Origin: Candidatus Zhuqueibacterota bacterium
GTDB lineage: Bacteria > Zhuqueibacterota > Zhuqueibacteria > Thermofontimicrobiales > Thermofontimicrobiaceae
Reading direction: 5' to 3'
DNA length: 64,000 nucleotides
Assembly (NCBI GenBank): GCA_049322915.1
Contig: JBMOPW010000014.1
Span: 605,527 to 669,526, forward strand
Below are positions 58,193 to 64,000 of this stretch, in pieces. The translations under genes and the position numbers were made by a program. Each line of letters starts with the position of its first letter. The stretch's first letter is position 1. The notes below the pieces were generated by a model, which worked only from the letters and a program-made list of their open reading frames with translations, was not told the DNA's origin and searched no databases.

Positions 58193-58225
58193 GGGTCGCT
58201 TCCAACCAAAGAGGAGTGACATCCA

Positions 58226-58669
58226 TTGAAATTATCAGCCAGAGGAAATTACGGAATGCGCGCTGCGTTCGAGTTAGCGCGGCACTACGGCAAAGGGCCC
58301 TTGCCGGTGAAATTGATTTCAGAGCGGCAGGATATCCCGCTCAAGTACCTGGAACAATTGCTGTTTCAGTTGAAGAAAGGCGGGATTATCAAGAGCGTCC
58401 GCGGTCCGGCCGGCGGATATGTGCTGACGCGCAGTCCTGATAATTTCAGCATCGGCGATGTAATAAAAATATTGGAAGGACCGCTGCACATGTCTGGCTG
58501 CGTGGTGAGTGGAGACGGACGCCATTGTCAGCGTTATGAAAGCTGCGTTTCGAAAATACTTTGGTCGAAAATTGAAAAGAGAATTGATCTCGTCCTGAGC
58601 GAGATTTCACTCGAGGATCTATCTGCATTTGGTGAAGAGAGTGCTTCTGAACCGAAGTTCCAGGATTGA
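58226..58669 (+). CDS. Rrf2-family regulator (IscR/CymR-like, three Cys)
   Basis: YLEQL...L...G...SVRG..GGY.L; C-x8-C-x5-C. Confidence 0.92.
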   Translation: MKLSARGNYGMRAAFELARHYGKGPLPVKLISERQDIPLKYLEQLLFQLKKGGIIKSVRGPAGGYVLTRSPDNFSIGDVIKILEGPLHMSGCVVSGDGRHCQRYESCVSKILWSKIEKRIDLVLSEISLEDLSAFGEESASEPKFQD

Positions 58670-58766
58670 TCCGTGAGGCAAATGCTTCGATTGAGCCAAA
58701 TGGCGCGCGTATTTGATTCGAAATAATGTAAGTCAATTGATGATAAAGGTGAAAAGGAGTCGGTAA

Positions 58767-59921
58767 ATGAGAAAAGTGTATTTTGACCACAGTGCAACTA
58801 CAGCCGTGGACCCAGAGGTTGTGGAGGCGATGATCCCGTTCATGAGTGAAAAATTTGGGAATCCATCCAGCATTCATTCATTCGGGCGGGAAGTGAAAGT
58901 TGCGCTGGAGGAAGCCCGCGAAACAATTGCAGGCTTTTTGAATGTGCGCGCCGCAGATATTTATTTCAACAGTGGGGGCACTGAATCCGACAACATGGCA
59001 ATTCAAGGTACGGCCTATCAACTGAAATCCAAAGGAAAGCATATCATCACCTCCAAAGTGGAGCACCATGCTGTGCTTCATACCTGCCAGGCGCTGGAAA
59101 ACGAGGGGTTCGAGGTGACGTACCTCGCGCCTGATAAATACGGAATGATTCATGCAGAATCGGTCGCCGAGGCGATTCGGAAGGATACGATTTTAATTTC
59201 AATCATGCACGCCAATAACGAAGTCGGCACGGTGAATCCCATCGAAAAAATTGGTGGAATCGCCCGTCAACATGACATATTATTCCACTGCGACGCGGTT
59301 CAATCTTTCGGAAAAATTCCAATCGATCTGTCCAGGCTGCCGATTGATCTTCTCTCAGCTTCCGGCCACAAAATCTATGGGCCGAAAGGCGTCGGGATTT
59401 TGTACATCAAAAAAGGCGTGCGGTTGGAGAAGCTCATGTTTGGCGGCGAGCACGAACGAAGCCGACGCCCGGGAACGGAGAACATCCCCGGCATCATTGG
59501 CCTGGCAAAAGCGGTGGAGATGCGTCGTGCACGGATGAAAACCGATTCGAAACATGTGAAGAAGCTGCGCGATATGCTTTATGAAAAAATTATGGAAAAG
59601 CTGCCGCGCGTCTTTCTCAATGGGCATACAGAAGAGCGATTGTACAGTCATCTGAATGTTTCATTTCAGGGAATCGAAGGCGAAGCCTTGCTATTGAGCC
59701 TGGATTTGAAAGGTGTGGCTGCATCGAGCGGTTCTGCCTGCACATCAGGCAGTATCGATCCGTCGCATGTATTGTCCGCCATGGGCATAAAACCGGAATT
59801 GGCCCAGTCGTCCATCCGATTCACCCTGGGGAAAGACAACAGCCAGGAGGATGTGGAATACACGATGGAGGTCCTGCCGGAAATCGTACAGCGGCTGAGA
59901 AGCATGTCCCCCATTGAATAA
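58767..59921 (+). CDS. iscS: Cysteine desulfurase (group I, IscS/NifS)
   Basis: YFDHSATT, GNPSS.H, SGHKIYGPKG, SSGSACTS. Confidence 0.93.
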   Translation: MRKVYFDHSATTAVDPEVVEAMIPFMSEKFGNPSSIHSFGREVKVALEEARETIAGFLNVRAADIYFNSGGTESDNMAIQGTAYQLKSKGKHIITSKVEHHAVLHTCQALENEGFEVTYLAPDKYGMIHAESVAEAIRKDTILISIMHANNEVGTVNPIEKIGGIARQHDILFHCDAVQSFGKIPIDLSRLPIDLLSASGHKIYGPKGVGILYIKKGVRLEKLMFGGEHERSRRPGTENIPGIIGLAKAVEMRRARMKTDSKHVKKLRDMLYEKIMEKLPRVFLNGHTEERLYSHLNVSFQGIEGEALLLSLDLKGVAASSGSACTSGSIDPSHVLSAMGIKPELAQSSIRFTLGKDNSQEDVEYTMEVLPEIVQRLRSMSPIE

Positions 59922-60049
59922 TTTTGCAGAACACCCCAAAATCTGAAATAAAAAAAGGAGTGCATCGCCCTGGTGCGATATACTGCGATGCATAGGGCAT
60001 CGCACGCCTCCGGTCAGGCAGCCATGATTGATCAAAGATTGAGTGTGTT

Positions 60050-61207
60050 GTGAATAAAACGGTAGCAGTCGCCATGAGCGGCGGCGTGGATAGCTCGGTC
60101 GCCGCGGCATTGTTGAAAGACCAGGGCTATCGGGTCATCGGATTGACCATGCATCTGTGGGATTACAGCGGCGTGGGCGGCAATGTATTTCACGAGAGCA
60201 GTTGCTGCTCCGTGGAGACGATGAACGATGCGCGCTCGGTTTGCGTTGCGCTGGGGATTCCGCATTACGTCATTGATGTCCGCGATGAATTTGAACGCGA
60301 TGTGATCTCCAATTTTGGCGACGAATATCTTCGGGGACGCACGCCGAATCCCTGTGTCTTGTGCAATTCAAAAATTAAATGGCAGGCGCTGCTCAGCAAG
60401 GCTGTTGAATTGGAATGCGACTATTTTTCCACCGGCCATTACGCTCGCGTTCAGTACAATGAAGCCACCGGCCGCTATCTCCTCCGGCGCGGCGCGGATG
60501 CTGCCAAAGACCAGGCCTATGCGCTGTGGGGACTCACCCAGGCCCAGTTGCGACGGACGATTTTTCCGTTGGGTGAAATGACCAAAACAGAAGTCCGCCA
60601 ATACGCAGCCGGTTTGAATCTCAAAACCAAAAACAAGCAGGAGAGCCAGGAAATTTGCTTTGTCCCGGACAATAACTACGCGCGATTCCTGACCGAGAAA
60701 TATCCGCAGCAGGTCGCTGCCATCGGCCTGGGTGAGATTGTGGACGTTCATGGGGATGTGAAAGGGTCTCATCGGGGATACCCATTTTACACCATTGGTC
60801 AGCGTAAAGGGCTGGGAATTGCGCTGGGCAGGCCCGTGTACGTGACGCGCATCGAAGCCGGGTCGAATCGCATTGTCATCGGCGATAAAGAACATTTGAA
60901 CAGCGCCGGTCTCATCGCCGGCCGGGCTAACTGGATCGCCATCGAAACGCTCACCCGGCCGATGCACGTGGAAGCGCAGATTCGTTACAATGACCCGGGG
61001 AAAAATGCCACCATCGTGCCGCAGGAAGATGGTCGGGTGAAGGTGAATTTCGATACGTTTCACAGCGCCGTGACGCCGGGTCAGTCCGTGGTATTCTTTC
61101 AGGATGATGTCGTCATTGGAGGTGGAATAATCGAGAGCAGTTTCAATAGTGAAAAGAATAAGAATCCGGAGGAAACTGATGAAAACAACGTGGGAACAAT
61201 TCTTTGA
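60050..61207 (+). CDS. mnmA: tRNA 2-thiouridylase MnmA
   Basis: AMSGGVDSS, TPNPCVLCN, TGHYA, KDQ.Y, SQEICF, TIGQRKG, TPGQ. Confidence 0.96.
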   Translation: MNKTVAVAMSGGVDSSVAAALLKDQGYRVIGLTMHLWDYSGVGGNVFHESSCCSVETMNDARSVCVALGIPHYVIDVRDEFERDVISNFGDEYLRGRTPNPCVLCNSKIKWQALLSKAVELECDYFSTGHYARVQYNEATGRYLLRRGADAAKDQAYALWGLTQAQLRRTIFPLGEMTKTEVRQYAAGLNLKTKNKQESQEICFVPDNNYARFLTEKYPQQVAAIGLGEIVDVHGDVKGSHRGYPFYTIGQRKGLGIALGRPVYVTRIEAGSNRIVIGDKEHLNSAGLIAGRANWIAIETLTRPMHVEAQIRYNDPGKNATIVPQEDGRVKVNFDTFHSAVTPGQSVVFFQDDVVIGGGIIESSFNSEKNKNPEETDENNVGTIL

Positions 61208-61961
61208 CGCACATGCGCCGTTATACGAAGGTAATATTTTCACAAAGAACACCGTGGCTGAGGTGGATTTTCTGCTTGAAGAATTGCGCCTGGCGCCGGG
61301 GAGCGCCATCCTCGATGTGGGTTGCGGCACCGGTCGCCACACAATAGAGTTGGCGAAGCGCGGTTATGCCATGACCGGATTGGATCTATCGTCGGGAATG
61401 CTCGCCCAGGCGGCGGAATCAGCCAGAAAAGCCCGTGTCCATGTGGACTGGGTGCGTTCGAACGCGACTCAATTTGCTCTCCATCGGAAGTTCGATGCTG
61501 CAATCTGTCTCTGCGAAGGTTCTTTTGGACTTCTCAGTCAGAGCGATGATCCGATCGATCAGCCACTATCCATTCTGTGCAATATTTCCTGCAGCCTGAA
61601 ACCGCAGGCTAAAGCGATTATGACGGTTCTCAACGCGGCGTCGTTAATCCGCAAGTACCAGAACAAGGATGTGGCAGAGGGGCGATTTGATCCTTTCACC
61701 CTGGTCGAATCGAATGTCATGCCGCCGCGGGAGGATTTACCCGGGGTGCCGGTCCGCGAGCGGGCGTTTGTCCCGACGGAGTTGCATCTGCTCTATCATC
61801 TGGCTGGCATGTCTGTCCTCGCCATGTGGGGAGGTACCGCCGGCAACTGGGGACGACGGTCGCTGGATCTGGATGAGATTGAGATTATGGTCGTGGCCCG
61901 TCAGAAGTCCGAGCCTTTGGATGTGGGCCGCGTCGGACGGCTGCGAAATTCAGAAGTTTGA
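61179..61961 (+). CDS. Class I SAM-dependent methyltransferase
   Basis: ILDVGCGTGRH, G.DLS..ML; RBS ggagg before ATG 61179. Confidence 0.88.
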   Translation: MKTTWEQFFDAHAPLYEGNIFTKNTVAEVDFLLEELRLAPGSAILDVGCGTGRHTIELAKRGYAMTGLDLSSGMLAQAAESARKARVHVDWVRSNATQFALHRKFDAAICLCEGSFGLLSQSDDPIDQPLSILCNISCSLKPQAKAIMTVLNAASLIRKYQNKDVAEGRFDPFTLVESNVMPPREDLPGVPVRERAFVPTELHLLYHLAGMSVLAMWGGTAGNWGRRSLDLDEIEIMVVARQKSEPLDVGRVGRLRNSEV

Positions 61962-62063
61962 AATCAGACAAAAAGCTGACTCCGGCTAGCATTTCGGTTG
62001 CGGTCAGGAGGTCGCCGGACAAAATCGATTGCAGGGTATGGTTGTAAAAATCAGGAACAGGCT

Positions 62064-62885
62064 ATGGAAACGCGTAAAGTTACAGCACCAATTATCACGG
62101 CGATGAAAGCGCAGGGCGAAAAGATCGCGGCGCTCACGGCGTACGATTATCTCTTCGCTTTATTCCTGGACGATGCCGGTATCGATTTGATTTTGGTCGG
62201 TGATTCCGGAGCCATGGTGTTTTCCGGCTATGAATCCACCATCCCCATCACCATGGATGAAATGCTCTATCATACCCGAGCCGCCAGTCGCGGCGTGAAG
62301 CGCGCGCTGCTTGTGGCGGATATGCCCTTTCTGTCGTACCAGGTGAGTTCCGAGGAAGCGCTGCGCAACGCCGGCCGATTCATCAAAGAAGGAGGCGCCG
62401 AATCTGTGAAAATGGAAGGCGGTCTGCCCATTGCCGAGACGGTGGCGCGGGTGGTCAATGCCGGCATTCCGGTGATGGGCCATCTCGGATTGACGCCCCA
62501 ATCCATCCATAAATTCGGTGGCTACAAGGTACAGGTTCGCACCGATGAGGAAGTCGAAAAGTTGATCGCCGATGCCCTGGCGTTGCAACAAGCCGGTGCG
62601 TTTTCGATTGTGCTGGAAAAAATCCCGGCTTTGGCAGCCAAGCAGGTGACCGAGAAGCTGCGTGTGCCCACTGTGGGCATTGGCGCCGGGCCCTTCTGCG
62701 ATGGACAAATACTCGTCACCCATGATTTGTTGGGCCTGTTTGAAAAATTCCGGCCGAAATTCGTCCGAGCGTACAAGGAATTAGGTCATGAAATACGCGA
62801 GGCATGCGCCATGTATGCCGAAGATGTGAAGCAGGGAAAATTCCCCAATGAAGAAGAAAGCTACTGGATTAAACCGACCGAGTGA
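62064..62885 (+). CDS. panB: 3-methyl-2-oxobutanoate hydroxymethyltransferase
   Basis: LTAYD, LVGDS, ADMPF.SY, VKMEGG, GHLGLTPQS, GIGAG..CDGQ.LV. Confidence 0.97.
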   Translation: METRKVTAPIITAMKAQGEKIAALTAYDYLFALFLDDAGIDLILVGDSGAMVFSGYESTIPITMDEMLYHTRAASRGVKRALLVADMPFLSYQVSSEEALRNAGRFIKEGGAESVKMEGGLPIAETVARVVNAGIPVMGHLGLTPQSIHKFGGYKVQVRTDEEVEKLIADALALQQAGAFSIVLEKIPALAAKQVTEKLRVPTVGIGAGPFCDGQILVTHDLLGLFEKFRPKFVRAYKELGHEIREACAMYAEDVKQGKFPNEEESYWIKPTE

Positions 62886-62888
62886 ACC

Positions 62889-63767
62889 ATGAAAATCATT
62901 AATTCAATTTCTGAAATGCAGCGGTTAGCGGACACGTTGCACCAGGACGGGAAGATCATTGGCCTTGTGCCAACCATGGGCTACCTTCACGAAGGCCATT
63001 TGAGTCTGGTCCGCGAAGCGAAGCAGCGCTGCGATGTGGCGGTCATGAGCATTTTTGTCAATCCCACTCAGTTTTCGCCGCACGAAGATCTGGAAGCGTA
63101 TCCGCGGGACATGGATCGGGATGTGGAGCTTGCGAAAACCGTCGGGTGCGATATCGTCTTTCACCCGCAATCCAGCGAGATTTATCCGGAAGGGTATTTG
63201 ACTTACGTTCAGGTGGAGAAAATTACCAGGCTGTTGTGCGGCAAGTCACGTCCCACTCATTTTCGCGGCGTGACCACCATTGTGGCCAAGCTGTTCAATA
63301 TCGTGAAGCCTCATATTGCGGTGTTTGGTCAGAAAGACGCGCAGCAAGCTCTGGTGATTCGGCGAATGGTCGATGATCTGAATTTTGACATCGAAATCGT
63401 GGTGGCGCCCATCGTTCGGGAGCGCGATGGTCTGGCCATGAGCTCCCGCAATACCTATTTGTCGGCTGGCCAGAGAAACCAGGCCGTGGCGCTGAGCCAG
63501 GCGCTTTTCATTGCCAAAGAGGAAATCGAGGAAGGCGAACGCGATTCGGCTGCGCTTAAAAAAATCATTCGAAACCGACTGAGTCAACTGCCGGAAGGTG
63601 AAATCGATTACATCGAGATCGTCGATACCGGAAATCTGAGACCGGTCAAAAAGCTATCCGGTGAAGTGCTGGTTGCGCTGGCCGTGAAAATAGGCAAGAC
63701 GCGATTGATAGACAATTTTATTATCGAGGTAGAAAACACAGGAACGAACCACCGGACAATTCGTTAA
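62889..63767 (+). CDS. panC: Pantoate--beta-alanine ligase
   Basis: VPTMGYLHEGH, FVNPTQF, RP.HF.GV, FGQKD, GLAMSSRN, RLIDN. Confidence 0.97.
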   Translation: MKIINSISEMQRLADTLHQDGKIIGLVPTMGYLHEGHLSLVREAKQRCDVAVMSIFVNPTQFSPHEDLEAYPRDMDRDVELAKTVGCDIVFHPQSSEIYPEGYLTYVQVEKITRLLCGKSRPTHFRGVTTIVAKLFNIVKPHIAVFGQKDAQQALVIRRMVDDLNFDIEIVVAPIVRERDGLAMSSRNTYLSAGQRNQAVALSQALFIAKEEIEEGERDSAALKKIIRNRLSQLPEGEIDYIEIVDTGNLRPVKKLSGEVLVALAVKIGKTRLIDNFIIEVENTGTNHRTIR

Positions 63768-63954
63768 ATCCATTTGAACAATCCTGGCGTCTAAAGAATG
63801 GCGTCGCGGTGATTCAGGAATTGCTCAGCCTGGTTACTTCAGGAGGGAACAGGTTCGTTCCCTGGCGCATTGCGACAGCGGAAAATTTTTTCATCGGTTA
63901 CGAGACGTGAATTCCCTCAAAAAAAATATTGACTTTTATCAAAAATATTTCTTT

Positions 63955-64000
63955 ATTTAGCCTGCATTATTTATAATATTTTTAAAGGAGGCTGGCTAAC
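63955..64000 (+). repeat. Partial third copy of the interior of the ~400-bp element (runs off the window)
   Basis: atttagcctgcattatt...tttttaaaggaggctggctaac matches about 15199-15244. Confidence 0.75.

Noticed and set aside
24411..61342. Long antisense ORFs (e.g. 24411-25433, 27343-28269, 40080-40985, 44684-45673, 54931-56028, 60368-61342)
   Set aside because: They are shadows of well-supported genes on the opposite strand and show no recognisable motifs.
1..64000. CRISPR array, rRNA, prophage
   Set aside because: No regularly spaced repeat-spacer array, rRNA-like sequence or phage genes seen.

Overview
Chromosomal window from an anaerobic diderm bacterium, most likely FCB superphylum (KSB1/Calditrichota-like; inferred from several proteins ending in NYPNPFNP/FlgD-Ig 'T9SS type A' sorting domains). 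Housekeeping genes: tex, pepT, thyX, der, tRNA-Gly(CCC), clpB, trxA, iscS, mnmA, panB, panC. Three blocks stand out. (1) 38.9-52.7 kb is a co-oriented glutamate/redox cluster. It has HydC/HydD-like subunits, a HydB/NuoF-GltD fusion, a catalysis-less HydA-N-like Fe-S protein, a stand-alone FMN glutamate-synthase-domain protein, a split and order-swapped PEP-synthase-like/receiver pair, and a ~950-aa fungal-type NAD-glutamate dehydrogenase. This is my best candidate for an undescribed system: a multi-flavin NAD(P)H-linked, possibly bifurcating/confurcating, glutamate oxidoreductase with its own regulator. (2) 28.5-35.0 kb is a six-gene envelope operon (LPP20, TPR-SLH lipoprotein, FlgT-N, two CsgG/FlgT-C proteins, FecR). 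It resembles flagellar H-ring parts, with no flagellar or curli genes in the window. (3) 6.6-14.8 kb is an AT-rich island bracketed by 120-bp direct repeats. It holds IS3 and IS701 remnants and two paralogous secreted proteins sharing a 98%-identical 213-bp block, one with a papain-like N-terminal domain. Intergenic spaces contain many small, often nested palindromic elements, including a 108-bp TTAA-CCCT...AGGG-TTAA element in two copies and a ~400-bp nested element in two full copies plus partial copies. All family calls come from motif recognition by eye; no searches were run.
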